41,702 bases of DNA from Octopus bimaculoides (GCF_001194135.2 NC_068982.1:134020879-134062580), one strand, 5' to 3'. Shown: positions 11,032 through 22,698, counted from the first letter of the stretch. The notes: generated by a model not told the origin, from the letters alone. Numbers and translations are program-made.

Positions 11032-11333
11032 ATGTCTTGCTGAGATGTCTGTACAAGAGATTTGCCCTCCCCCCCCGACCCGAGTTGTATCTGCACTCGC
11101 TGTGCGTAATAAAGTCTGCGACACATTTTCAGTTGGCGGTTGTAGCCACTTTGCTTCTCTTTTATTACTAATATACTTAAAAAAACCTTTATAAACGTCA
11201 CACAATCTATTTCACCTTCCACCCTTTAAAATGTGAGGCCGTGTGCCTACTTAGCGAAAAGAGCAAATAAACTAACATACTGCGACTGAGTCATAGCGAG
11301 CTGCCATCGCAAAAAACAGAAGCAAAATAATTA

Positions 11334-12256
11334 TAATGGTTTTGAATTTGTGGGACAAAGCCAACAGTTTTGAGAGGAAAGGTGTCAGTCGATTAACCTA
11401 GCACTTGACTGGTAATTCATTTTATTGCCCTCAAAAGTCGACCTCGGCGGGATTTGAACTCAGAATGGTAAAGAACCCGAAGAAATGCCGCTAAGCATTT
11501 TTCCAATCCGTTGACGATCCCGCCAGCTCGCCGCCCTGATTTTATTAGTAATTCTTTCTAATTTTGGCACAAAGCCAGCAATTTTGAAGGAAGCGGGGAA
11601 GGCCACTTGCATCAAACCCAGTGCTCAAATGGTACTTTATTTTATCTTTCCTGAAAGGTGACATGCAAAGTCGACGTCAGTGAACCGCAAGGAATACCGC
11701 TAAGAATTTTGCTCGACGCGCTAACGCTTCTGACAGTTGACTGACTTATATAAGAATCCTCTCTACTACTATAGGCACAATTCCCTGCAATTTCGGTGGA
11801 CGGATTAAGTCGATTGCATTTACCCCAGTGCTCAACGGGTATTTATTTTATCAACTCCAAAAAGATGAAAGGCAAAGTCAACCTCGGCGGAATTTGAACT
11901 CAGAACATAAAGACGGACAAAATGTCGCTAAGCATTTTGTCCGATAAGCATTTTGTCCGACGTGTAAACTTTTCTGCCAGTATGCTGCCTTCGACTTATT
12001 TAATAATAATGATAATAATGGTTGCAAGTTTTGGATCAAGGCCAGCAATTCCGGAGCAGGGGTATTAGTCGAGTATGTCGACCCCAGTACTCAACTGGTA
12101 CTTATTTTATCGATCTCAGCGGAATTTGAACTCAGAACGTAAAGACGGACGAAATACTACTAAGCATTTTACCCGGCGTACTAACAGCTTTGAACAATAA
12201 TCTTTTATGCTATAGGCACAAGGTCTGAATTTTTTTTTTGGGGGGGGGGGTGTAAG
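11334..12256 (-). mobile_element. Head-to-tail cluster of five SINE A copies
   Basis: Units at about 11334-11538, 11549-11746, 11761-11991, 12014-12190 and 12205-12256 (runs into gap), separated by 10-25 bp AT-rich spacers. Confidence 0.85.
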
Positions 12257-12491
12257 NNNNNNNNNNNNNNNNNNNNNNNNNNNNNNNNNNNNNNNNNNNN
12301 NNNNNNNNNNNNNNNNNNNNNNNNNNNNNNNNNNNNNNNNNNNNNNNNNNNNNNNNNNNNNNNNNNNNNNNNNNNNNNNNNNNNNNNNNNNNNNNNNNNN
12401 NNNNNNNNNNNNNNNNNNNNNNNNNNNNNNNNNNNNNNNNNNNNNNNNNNNNNNNNNNNNNNNNNNNNNNNNNNNNNNNNNNNNNNNNNNN

Positions 12492-12777
12492 NGGGTCGAT
12501 AAATTAAGTACCAGTTACGCACTGGGTCGATGTAATCGACTTAATCCGTTCGTCTGTTCTTGTTTGTTCCTTCTATGTTTAGCCCCTTGTGGGCAATAAC
12601 GAAATAGGTATTTCGACTGTCTTTACGTTCCGAGTTCAAATTCCGCCGAGATCGACTTTGCCTTTCACCCTTTCTGGGTCGATAAATTAAGTACCATTTG
12701 CGTACTGGGGTCGATCTAATCGACTGGCCGCCTCCCCAAAAATTTCGGGCCTTGTGCCTAGAGTACAAAAGATTATT
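12492..12777 (+). mobile_element. Dimeric SINE A (5' part lies in gap)
   Basis: Unit-1 tail ...gtgggcaataacgaaatag joined to unit 2 at gtatttcg, ending ccttgtgcctagagtacaaaagattatt. Confidence 0.85.
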
Positions 12778-12789
12778 TCTAATATAAGC

Positions 12790-12975
12790 GCTAGGTTTTA
12801 AAATTTTGGAAGGAGGGACTATCTGATATCAACCCCACCCTGCCAACATTTGACTGATACATTGTGTTTTTGGCCCTGGTAAAATGAAAAGCATAGTTAA
12901 CTTCCTGGGATTTGAACACGTAACATAAAAGAGTTGTAACTAAAGACCGCAAGGTGTTTAGTTCCCGCTAATAAT
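12790..12975 (-). mobile_element. Old SINE A-like copy
   Basis: aaatgaaaagcatagttaacttcctgggatttgaacacgtaac..taaagaccgcaaggtgtttag. Confidence 0.55.
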
Positions 12976-13212
12976 ACTATAGCTCAATTAATGAATCTAT
13001 TGTGATTATCTCAAATTGGTAGAATTCTTAATAGCATTGTAAAGGCAATGACATTTGAGAATAATTATGCTCCACTTGAAAGCCGCGAGAAACAAGCCGA
13101 ATAACTGATCTCCTCTTTACTAGGGTAACATACATGTCATCATCACACTTTCCCTACACTTAGAACATCAGACATAACGTGTCGTATTATTGTTCGTTCC
13201 GATTCCCTTCAC

Positions 13213-13270
13213 ACTGAGTTCAAATCCAGCCGAGGTCAACTTTACGTTTCATCTTTTCGAGATCGAAAGA
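13213..13270 (+). mobile_element. SINE A fragment
   Basis: ctgagttcaaatccagccgaggtcaactttacgtttcatcttttcgagatcga. Confidence 0.7.
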
Positions 13271-14085
13271 AACAGTGCTAATCGAAGATGGTGGATTCAC
13301 AAAACTATAAGAAAGTCGGATTGGGTGCCTTGCGCTATTTGTTCTGGTTTCTTAGCTTTCTGTGTTTAAATCCTCCCATGGCCTACTTGGGTTTATCACC
13401 ACCACCTGGTACCTTCGGTGCCTTTAGCGGAGTTCACTCTGCTGGAAGCATTGGACCAGGTTCCCAGTTTGAGCAGGGAGGATTTCCCCTCTGTCACCTT
13501 AACACAAGTCTCGGTGGCCCCGCAAAGGGTCATGAACACAGTCTTTCTTTTCGACAAAGATATTAAAAAAAAAAAAACTATATGTTCTTCATGTATACCT
13601 GAGAAAATTTCCTTGGTCATTTTTTTAAATTGCCTAATCAATAAAAATGTTTTGGAAAAAGCATCCCAGTAAACACTATGATAGTCTTTATGCAGTCACT
13701 GATAGAGAGGGGAGAAAGGGAACGCATGTCTATTACAGGGTATTGTTGGAGAGCTAAGCAAGAATTAATTGATGAACTTATTATATAACACAATAAAACG
13801 GGATTTCTTATATTCATGTGATGTAAAGACTGTTTTAAAACCAGCATGTTTTCCACCACAACTACCATCACCTTCACCACCACCATCACTACAACCATCA
13901 TCACCTGTCAGGATTAGATTTAATGAGTAATTCAAGAGTTTTCATCTGGAACTCAGCACAGCAAGGGGAGCCTTCTTCTTCCCTTCCTCTGGGGTTTTGG
14001 AGGTATACTGGGGGTAGGGAACAATTTTTTTTTATCTATATAATATAATCAGTATTCTTGCATTATTTCCTGACATTAATTACCA

Positions 14086-14140
14086 TGTATGTATGTATGT
14101 ATGTATGTATGTATGTATGTATGTACGTATGTACGTACGT
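14086..14140. repeat. (ATGT)n microsatellite
   Basis: Direct reading. Confidence 0.95.
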
Positions 14141-15376
14141 AATTTCTGTTTTCTTTTAAGAGCTCGTATCTCTTACAGAATTTCATACGATTTTGATGAC
14201 ATATTTCGGGTGAAGAATTACATGATGTCATCGCTATCTCAATAAATAATTAAATAAATGCCCATATTAGGACAAATTCTTTCTTCCTTTTTAATATTTT
14301 ATGTTGTTTTTGTGGGGTTTTTTTCTCTCTTCTCCCCAAGAAATTGTTTGCTCATGCAACGCAAAACTATTTATGTCGAGCACACAGCTTTCCGGAATCA
14401 CTTATAATACACACACACACACATATACATACACACATACATACATACATACATACACACACAACACACAAATAGACATCTATACACACACACACACGTA
14501 TATGTATACATTATATATATGCATGTGTGTGTATATATATATATATATATATTGTGTATATATATATATATATANNNNNNNNNNNNNNNNNNNNNNNNNN
14601 NNNNNNNNNNNNNNNNNNNNTATATAGGAATGCATGTGGTAGCATTGAAGAAGGGAAAAAGAGAAGAGAGAGAATAACGGGAGAGCCGTTATCGTCAGCT
14701 GTCGGGTTTTTCACGCACGATTATTTATTTATTTACATATTTTCTTTTTACTTCGTCATGGCGGCATCTAAAACATCACTAATAGCGATATGGTGAACTA
14801 TAAAAAAAAAATTAAAAACGTTCTTTCGCTGGGAATCACTAGGGTGGAGTCTTTAACTTAAGTCACCAGATTAGAACGGCATGTACAAAAATAATAACTA
14901 AAATAAAAGGAATAAACATTTATAGGAAAATAAAACATGCGAACAAGCTACTATTTGTTCCACACCCCTATTTTCGGAATGGGAAGCTTGATAGAGATTT
15001 AGAAAATAATTATATTCTTTTCTCGTAGTTCAAAACATTTTGATGCCTTGGTATTTTTCCATACAGCTACTCTATTAAATAAATGAATAAAGAAAGAAAG
15101 AAAGAAAGAAAGAAAGGAAGAAGTCAACCATATGGTGTTAATAGAGAAGAATAGTTACATAGTTTCTGTTTAAAGTTCATCACATTCAGATGTATAAAAC
15201 CAACATAAATAGTTTATCCCTTCCATACACACACACACACAAGTTAGAAAACAATCTCTTCTCTTTTATGGGATCTTCATTTTACATGTTATTGTCATAT
15301 ATAACAGTCACTCATTTAGCACATTCCTTATTTCTGACGCACAAACTTTTCAAATTGGTCGGATAGTACATAAGCA

Positions 15377-15419
<43 letters not shown>

Positions 15420-16078
15420 ATACACACATATGTATACACACACACACCCATACATATATGTACAAATGAACTTTTTCTGAGGACCCCAGCTTCAGTCAGT
15501 TATATATATACATATATATTTGTAAACTCACTAACTCTGGGGGTTTCAACAAATAATCATTTGTACACATATTTACGTGTTTACACACACACACACACAC
15601 ACGCACGCACGCACACACACACACACACACAAATTACTCGTTGTGGACTTTAGCTTGGATAATATCAAACAGCTGATCTTTTTTGCTTCCCAAACAGGAA
15701 ACTATTTATCACCATCACCAGTTTAAAGCGATGTGTAGAAGAGTCAAAACTAAAATATTTATTTCTGCTGCCAAATGTTTTCGTTATATAAAGTGGTATT
15801 TAGACTACCAATTAAACTTTTAGAATTGTTTTTACAAATTTAAAACCGAGTGCCTTAGGGGTAGAGACATGCTTTTGATTGCCTTCGGAATCTGGTTTTT
15901 AACTCAAAATCCCATTCTCAGCTCACTACAGATCTTTTCATTTCTGTTGCAAATACTTTTGAGAAATGCGTGTATTTGTATCTCTAAAGTTCACTTCCCA
16001 TTATCTACAGGTCCTAACTTTTCTTCCGTATGCGTGTTTTTGCTTATCTGTTTGTCTGTCTGTCTTCCCCTCTTTCTA

Positions 16079-16086
16079 ACTCGGCA

Positions 16087-16142
<56 letters not shown>

Positions 16143-16373
16143 CGCGGTTCACCTAGAACAGTTCATCTATCGCGGTTCACCTATCGCGGTTTATTATTTA
16201 AGCTTACGTCGATTCCTCCGTGGTGTTGTTTTGCATTTATAATAAAATAAATATATACAAATTATAAAAATAATAAAAAAATATATGCAGTACAGGACTG
16301 TTTCTACTTGGCGGATTTTCACCTATCGCGGAGGTTTTGGAACGTAAGACCCGCGATAGTCGAGGGATTACTG
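16079..16373. mobile_element. Tigger/pogo-like MITE, inverted relative to 21187-21412, left end disrupted by (CT)n
   Basis: Ends ccgcgatagtcgagggattactg. Body is the reverse complement of the 21187 copy. Internal duplication of atcgcggttcacct. Confidence 0.8.
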
Positions 16374-17199
16374 TGTGTGTGTATTCATCCTTTACTTTAC
16401 GTGCAACTTGGTGCCGAAAGTATGTTACGCCGGAACGAGACGATTGGGCGATGCTGTTTGTACACTGAATATATGGCACGGCTGACTGGACATTCAGCTT
16501 GACTTTGGCGAAAGTACTTTTTGACGCTGCAGGCAAACACACACGCATGTACGCGCGTCCCGCGCAGAAATATACACAGATAAAGAGAATGGAAAAGAGA
16601 AACATTTCAATTGAATACGACACACATTCCCTCTCCACATACACATGAAGAGAAATATGCTCAACACTTAAATAGAAAGAGAGAGTGGGGAGTGAGAAAA
16701 CGATAGAAATATTGAAAGGTCTGATGTCAAAGAAACCAGCGTCGAATCAGCGACGCTGGAACGGCTGTGACAAAACACCACATACCCAACGTTACGTTAA
16801 AGGAAGTGGGTAATCAATTTAGCTAACGCACAGGGAGGCCAAGTCCCACATTACACCACTAAACACCAGTCATATTCAATCCACTGCAAAAATCTGGTCC
16901 TCGTGTAAAGGTGTAAAGAAAACTATAACAGAAAGCATTTTAAGAAATCAATAAGATATCTACAAACATTATTAAAAAAAATCAGTATTATATCTATAAA
17001 TATTGTTTATTTTAACAAAAAAATATACTAAAACTTCACTTAAAGGTTATAATTCTTAAAAGTGTAGATAACTTTATCCACCTTTCAGTGTTGGCGCAGT
17101 TGATGAATAGCATCAGCAGTCAGCTGAATTCTTGTAGGCAAGACAAGAAACTGCATCCGAGGAAAAAGCCCCAGCTCGAGAGTTTAATAATTTTGAGGA

Positions 17200-17310
17200 A
17201 TATGGAGTTACCCACTAAATCACCAATACTCCAACCACTACTCCTAGGTTCGCTCTGGCTCAGAATGGCAGTACTTATCAAGGACTCCAGTTATGGATCA
17301 AATAGCCGAA
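17200..17310. repeat. Old dispersed repeat F, opposite orientation to 24360-24510
   Basis: Roughly 60% alignable by eye to the reverse complement of catagctgggaccctgtcggatgctactacttcggtcaggg. Confidence 0.35.
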
Positions 17311-17329
17311 GACGGTTCTATATTTAAGG

Positions 17330-17580
17330 CAGCCTGGCTCCGAGACGTGTTACGCAAGCCTTGTGTGGATAAGCTACGATATCACTTTCAAATGAAACAG
17401 TCCTCTTGCCTAAGGGTTAGTTAGACCCTGAGCTTCAAGTGTAAACTTAGGAGATCAAGAAACTAGAGAAGTACACTGTAAATAAACCTGCAGGAGACAA
17501 CGGAAAACCATTGCTGTATCTTTCCTAAGAAAAACCACAACTGGCAAGAATGTCCATGGTCGCCGACTCTTGAAGAGAGA
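17330..17580 (+). mobile_element. Possible RTE-associated non-autonomous retroposon 3' part
   Basis: ggagacaacggaaaaccattgctgtatctttcctaagaaaaacc..gtccatggtcgccgac resembles the bipartite RTE-derived tails of Bov-tA/Mar1-type SINEs (from memory). Confidence 0.4.
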
Positions 17581-17686
17581 GTTAGCCGAAGCAAAAATAG
17601 TAACTTAAGCTATTGGCTCTCAAAGTTAGAAAAAGTCATGAAAGGTCATTTCTACGTAATACTAAAAATGTTCTCCACCCCCAGAT

Positions 17687-17840
17687 CTACGTAATATGAT
17701 GACCTGCTAGAAAGACCCAAATCTTGAGAAAGGATACATTGAATAATGTGATCCTCGTACTCCCATGGATGAAAGAAAGTTGAGATGGTCAAGACTGAAA
17801 CACTTGATAATAGTTGATTTATTACGAGGCAACAATAACA
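17687..17840 (+). mobile_element. Dispersed repeat family D
   Basis: gacctgctagaaa..ccaaatct..aggatacattgaataatgtg..gagatggtca..caacaataac. Confidence 0.55.
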
Positions 17841-17889
17841 CCCTGACATGGATATACACAGCCGGTCCTTGTATATCAATGTTTAAGGT

Positions 17890-18136
17890 GTCCCGAAAGG
17901 ATAAAAGGCAAAGTCGACCTCGGCGGAATTTGAACTCAGAACGTAGCGGCAGACGAAATACCACTAAGCATTTCGCCCGGCGTTCTAACGATTCTGCCAG
18001 CTCGCCGCCTTAAGGGTGTCCATAATAATGCATCGCTAATGAGGTCTTGCTTAGCTTTCCAACAATGTCCTGAAATACGCATGCGCCTTCCTCTCTGGTG
18101 ACAGCGGTGGTGTAAAAATAATTGAAATTTAAAATC
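17890..18136. repeat. 247-bp duplicated unit, copy 1 (SINE A head on minus strand plus ~125 bp flank)
   Basis: Collinear with 18613-18859, about 22 substitutions, no indels. Confidence 0.9.
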
Positions 18137-18612
18137 TCCTTAAAACAAAAATAAACGAAAAATATAAAAGAAAATGGGGGGATAACAGTAACAAAAATAT
18201 CTTTCACTCAACTGAAAAATCGTGTTNNNNNNNNNNNNNNNNNNNNNNNNNNNNNNNNNNNNNNNNNNNNNNNNNNNNNNNNNNNNNNNNNNNNNNNNNN
18301 NNNNNNNNNNNNNNNNNNNNNNNNNNNNNNNNNNNNNNNNNNNNNNNNNNNNNNNNNNNNNNNNNNNNNNNNNNNNNNNNNNNNNNNNNNNNNNNNNNNN
18401 NNNNNNNNNNNNNNNNNNNNNNNNNNNNNNNNNNNNNNNNNNNNNNNNNNNNNNNNNNNNNNNNNNNNNNNNNNNNNNNNNNNNNNNNNNNNNNNNNNNN
18501 NNNNNNNNNNNNNNNNNNNNNNNNNNNNNNNNNNNNNNNNNNNNNNNNNNNNNNNNNNNNNNNNNNNNNNNNNNNNNNNNNNNNNNNNNNNNNNNNNNNN
18601 NNNNNNNNNNNN

Positions 18613-18859
18613 GTCCCGAAAGGATAAAAGGCAAAGTCGACCTCGGCGGAATTTGAACTCAGAACGTAACGGCAGACGAATTACTGCTAAACATTTCGTC
18701 CGGCGTGCTAATGTTTCTGCCAGCTCGTCGCCTTAAGGGTATCCATAATATTGCATCACTAATGAGGTCTTGCTTAGCGTTCCAATAATGTCCTGCAGTA
18801 CGCATGCGCCTTCCTCTCTGGTGACAGCTGTCATGTAAAAATAATTGAATTTTGAAATC
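18613..18859. repeat. 247-bp duplicated unit, copy 2
   Basis: See 17890-18136. Both carry the non-consensus ggataaaagg. Confidence 0.9.
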
Positions 18860-18915
18860 AGGACTGAATATATTGCAAAATCTAATCAAATCTTACATAA
18901 GGCGCGCGCGTATGA

Positions 18916-19021
18916 GCAGGCGTAGCTGTGTGGTAAGAAGTTTGCTTCACAACCACGTGGTTTCTAGTTCAATCGCGCTGCATAGTACCTTAGATAAGTG
19001 TCTTCTACTATAGCCTCGAGG
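18916..19021 (+). mobile_element. SINE B head, 3'-truncated
   Basis: gtagctgtgtggtaagaagtttgcttcacaaccacgtgg..taagtgtcttctactatagcctcg. Confidence 0.8.
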
Positions 19022-19210
19022 CTGGCCAGATTGGAGCAATCTCGAGTATAACCAGCCGAAATCGCAAAGATAATCTGGAACTCGACTGAGGAAGGAAAAC
19101 TCCGAATGACCCGTCCTTGTTTTCTTTGTATCGTCTATCTGGATGTTTCGTTATCCCTTTTTGTATCAGCTAACTGTCTGGATGTTTTGCGTTCTTGTCC
19201 CATTTTGTAT
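19022..19210 (+). mobile_element. Possible Penelope-like terminal relic with hammerhead-like core
   Basis: CTGAGGA-A-GGA aaac TCC-GAA at 19086-19106, followed by a duplicated tctggatgttt motif. Confidence 0.4.
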
Positions 19211-19241
19211 TTATATATATATGTACATACGTATATATACA

Positions 19242-19391
19242 CAACGGTATCTTCGTTCAGTCTCTTTCAATCAAATCCAGTCGTAAGGCTTTGGTCGGCC
19301 CAGAGCTATAGTAGAAAACACTTACCCAAGGAGTCACACAGAGATACTGACTCCAAAAATATATTGGGAAGCAAATTTCTTAAGCACTACA
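19242..19391 (-). mobile_element. Degenerate SINE B 5' half
   Basis: aaatccagtcgtaaggctttggtcggcccagagctatagtagaaaacacttacccaagg. Confidence 0.75.
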
Positions 19392-19455
19392 GTTAAGCTT
19401 ACAGGCGTGCGTGCGCACAGGCAGGCTGGCAAACAGACAGGCAGACAAGAGACAG

Positions 19456-19458
19456 GCA

Positions 19459-19509
<51 letters not shown>

Positions 19510-19511
19510 GG

Positions 19512-19548
<37 letters not shown>
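19456..19548. repeat. Compound (GACA)n(GATA)n microsatellite
   Basis: Direct reading. Confidence 0.95.
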
Positions 19549-19549
<1 letters not shown>

Positions 19550-20017
19550 TGGGATTACCACAGCTAGAATTTGCTTGAGTCCACCAATTTCGCTGTGTCG
19601 AGTAGCTTATGCGTCTGACCTATAATATTCTGGAAATTTGCTGGTGTGTTGCTGATAGTAACGATAACGAAATGACGAGTGATAAGGCCTTACGTACATA
19701 ATGTGTAAATCTTCAGACAGTAAAAGACCTCCAAACTGAACCTATTTTACAGACTTCGACCTAAATCTGTCTTGCTGTGTAAGGCGATATTGGATATAAA
19801 CAAGAATATAAAACTTACTTCTCGCAGTATTATTAGTAGTAAATATTGTTTATAGATTTTTTTTATCAGATCTATTACATCGCTTTACGTCATCTCAGTT
19901 GGTTCCATACATATGTACATACATACTTATACAGACGCATACATAAATGCATACGTACGCACATACCTACATTTATGGAGTAGGCTGTCTCACACAGACA
20001 CATACATGCGTGTGTGT

Positions 20018-20085
20018 GAAGGTGCGTGTCTTAGTGATTAGAGTGTTGTTTCAACGACTCTTAGATCGTGGGTTCGATTTCCACG
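20018..20085 (+). mobile_element. SINE E tRNA-like head
   Basis: gtcttagtgattagagtgttg..agatcgtgggttcgattt, with A-box-like and B-box-like segments. Confidence 0.55.
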
Positions 20086-20204
20086 TTCGTTTCCTTTTTT
20101 TTTCCCCTACGGTCTGAGTTCAAATTCTGTCGAGGATGACCCAAGACAGAAACTTATATGAGCCCATAATTCAAAGGTCCAAACTTGTCAGAATAGTTCT
20201 ACTT

Positions 20205-20934
20205 TAGGGGTGGGGAAACTTTTTAGTGCGGTGGGTAAAAATTTCCAAAGAAAAAGGTCCGTGGGCGGATCACAAATTCTAACTCTTATATCTGTGTAAA
20301 TCTTGTATATATCTATGTATAATTAGAAGTACATTAATAAAGATAAGTTTAAGACATTAAATTAACGCGTAACATTAATTTAGGATGTTTAGGTATTCTA
20401 TATTTTTCAGCTAGAGTGCAGTTGGGTCTCAAGGGGATGGTACAAACCTAGTGACGTGTTTTATAGCGAAAACAAAATTTCCATTCAAATGGCAATTACC
20501 GGACCATTTTCTGTTCAAATCTAACCGTTTTAAGTCGTAGTGCAAACGCAACCTATGTCGCAAGAGGCATACGAATATTGTATAAATTTTATAATTGAAA
20601 AATTTACTATATCCCTTTCTACTCTAGGCACAAGGCCCGAAATTTTCGGAGAGGGAGCCAGTCGATTAGATCGGCCCTCAGTACACAACTGGTACTTAAT
20701 TTATCGACCCCGGAAGGATGAAAGGCAAAGTCGATCTCAGCGGAATTTGAACTCAGAACGTAAAGTCAGACAAAATACCGCCGAGCATTTCGCCCGGCGT
20801 GTCAACGTTTCTGCCAGCTCGGCCGCCTTGAAAAGTTTATTATATTTTGTACATATAAGTATACCAGCCTGCAGGCGCAAAAAGTGGGCTCGCGGGCGCA
20901 ACTGCGCCTGCGCGCGGGGACTTCCCCACCTCTG
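20205..20934. mobile_element. hAT MITE (second family) with nested SINE A
   Basis: TIRs taggggtggggaa / ttccccacctctg, perfect 8-bp TSD ttctactt (20197-20204, 20935-20942), GC-rich subterminal gcgggcgc motifs. Confidence 0.9.
20613..20828 (-). mobile_element. SINE family A monomer
   Basis: Full body. 17-bp TSD tgaaaaatttactatat / tgaaaagtttattatat. Confidence 0.9.
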
Positions 20935-21186
20935 TTCTACTTGAATACTTGATTCTACTTGGTTACGTTAAGGCTGCGTGAGTCTATGAAATGCCCAGCT
21001 CCATCGCAAAAGAGGGAGGGGTTATCATTAAGAACGAAAGGACGTTAAACATAGGACCATAAAAATATTGGGTTTAATGCTTCTTTCCATTACTTAATTG
21101 TTTTGTGAGACAATAGGGTATCGAATAGAAGCGTTGATCTTGTGTTGGCTGTGTGTTCAGTTGCTAGGCCAGTGAATCTACATATA

Positions 21187-21412
21187 CAGTAATCCCTCGA
21201 CTATCGCGGGTGTTACGTTCCAAATCCCACTGCGATAGATGGAAATTCGCGAAGCAGAAACAGTACTGTACTGTATATCTTTTAAAATTTTAATTTTTAT
21301 AATTTGTATATATTTATTTTATTATAAATGCAAAACAACACCACAGAGAAATCTACGTAAGCTTAAATAATAAACCGCGATGGGTGAACCGCAATATGGC
21401 GAGGGGTTACTG
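21187..21412. mobile_element. Tigger/pogo-like MITE
   Basis: TIRs cagtaatccctcg / cgaggggttactg with TA on both sides (21185-86, 21413-14). Confidence 0.9.
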
Positions 21413-21534
21413 TATTCTTGAATCTGCATGTTCTCTGTGTCAAGTGGAATGAGCAAGTGCTGATCATCAAAAATTCGAAGATAACTAATGAGAGAATTAT
21501 ATCTCAGGCATGAGAACCATATGCCCCGTGGGTT

Positions 21535-21883
21535 GAATAAACGGTTCGAAATTCCGAGAACGTTACCAAATTCGCCAGGTATGGTGGCATTTGAGAAAGG
21601 TTACAGGTTATAAAACGATTACAGCTCCGGTACTACGGACATGTGATTAGAATGTCGCAGAAAAGAATCGCAAAGCGAATTCTTCAAGCCGAACTAGCCG
21701 GCAAGGTGACTAGCGCTAGACCAAGAATGGGATGGCTGGATGATATCTATAGTTTCAGTTGGTTACGTTTGGGAATCCAACCAGAAAAATGTAATGGGAG
21801 TTGCTTCTATGGAAGAGGTTCCTTGAGGACATTAATCCCACCCCCATAGTCCTCTCAGGAATAGTGGGTGGAGAAAATGGATG
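21535..21883 (+). mobile_element. 3' end of an RTE-clade (Rex3/Expander-like) LINE
   Basis: IKRLQLRYYGHVIRMSQKRIAKRILQAELAGKVTSARPRMGWLDDIYSFSWLRLGIQPE matches the RTE ORF C-terminus (QLRWFGHVxRM...GRPRxRW). Ends gaaaatggatg like Rex3/Expander. Confidence 0.75.
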
Positions 21884-22069
21884 TTATATATATTTGTGCG
21901 TGCGTGCGTGTGTGTGTACGTGTGTGTGTGTGTGTGTGTGTGTGTTCTCGTATAGCATGGAATCGGAAGTTATCTAGTACGTTGGAAAGCGTAATTTCTT
22001 CAGATATGCATGTTTTAAGAATTAGAAATTACGATTCAGCAATACGCGCACGCACACGCACGCACACTA

Positions 22070-22089
22070 ACACACACTAACACACACTA

Positions 22090-22123
<34 letters not shown>

Positions 22124-22164
22124 ATTCTAACACACACACACACACACAAACAGACACACAAACA

Positions 22165-22214
<50 letters not shown>

Positions 22215-22215
22215 C
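22070..22215. repeat. Interrupted (CA)n microsatellite
   Basis: Direct reading, with cacactaa variants. Confidence 0.95.
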
Positions 22216-22605
22216 ATACATACACATAAAGGCGAGGCTTCCTCTTTTCCGCAATTTTGAAAAATTTTATTTTTTAGATTTGTTTTAAAAAGTTACCCAT
22301 TAAATATCGCATGTATGTATTCATGAACCAGACACGCGCGTGCGCACGTATGCTTTCAACATAAGAACCAACTAATTTTACATACAAATGAGAAACAAAC
22401 CCGGATTTCTATTAGTATTAAGTTCTTATTAGTAAGTATGCGTGTTTGTATGTATACATGTATGTTGGTGTGTATACATACATACATACATACATACATG
22501 CACAGTAGCCACAAAAATGTACGAACACGCACACACAGTTACCAATTACAGCCATTGACATTTTAAGATCCTGAAATAAGCTTTGCATATGTTCATGTAA
22601 TAATG

Positions 22606-22679
<74 letters not shown>

Positions 22680-22680
22680 T
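22606..22680. repeat. (AAT)n microsatellite
   Basis: Direct reading. Confidence 0.95.
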
Positions 22681-22698
22681 GATAAATAAATAAAGGAT

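Noticed and set aside
11334-12256. CRISPR-like repeat-spacer array
   Set aside because: Repeats are ~200-bp diverged SINEs in eukaryotic DNA, with no constant 25-45 bp repeat and no cas genes. Short tandem repeats elsewhere lack unique spacers.
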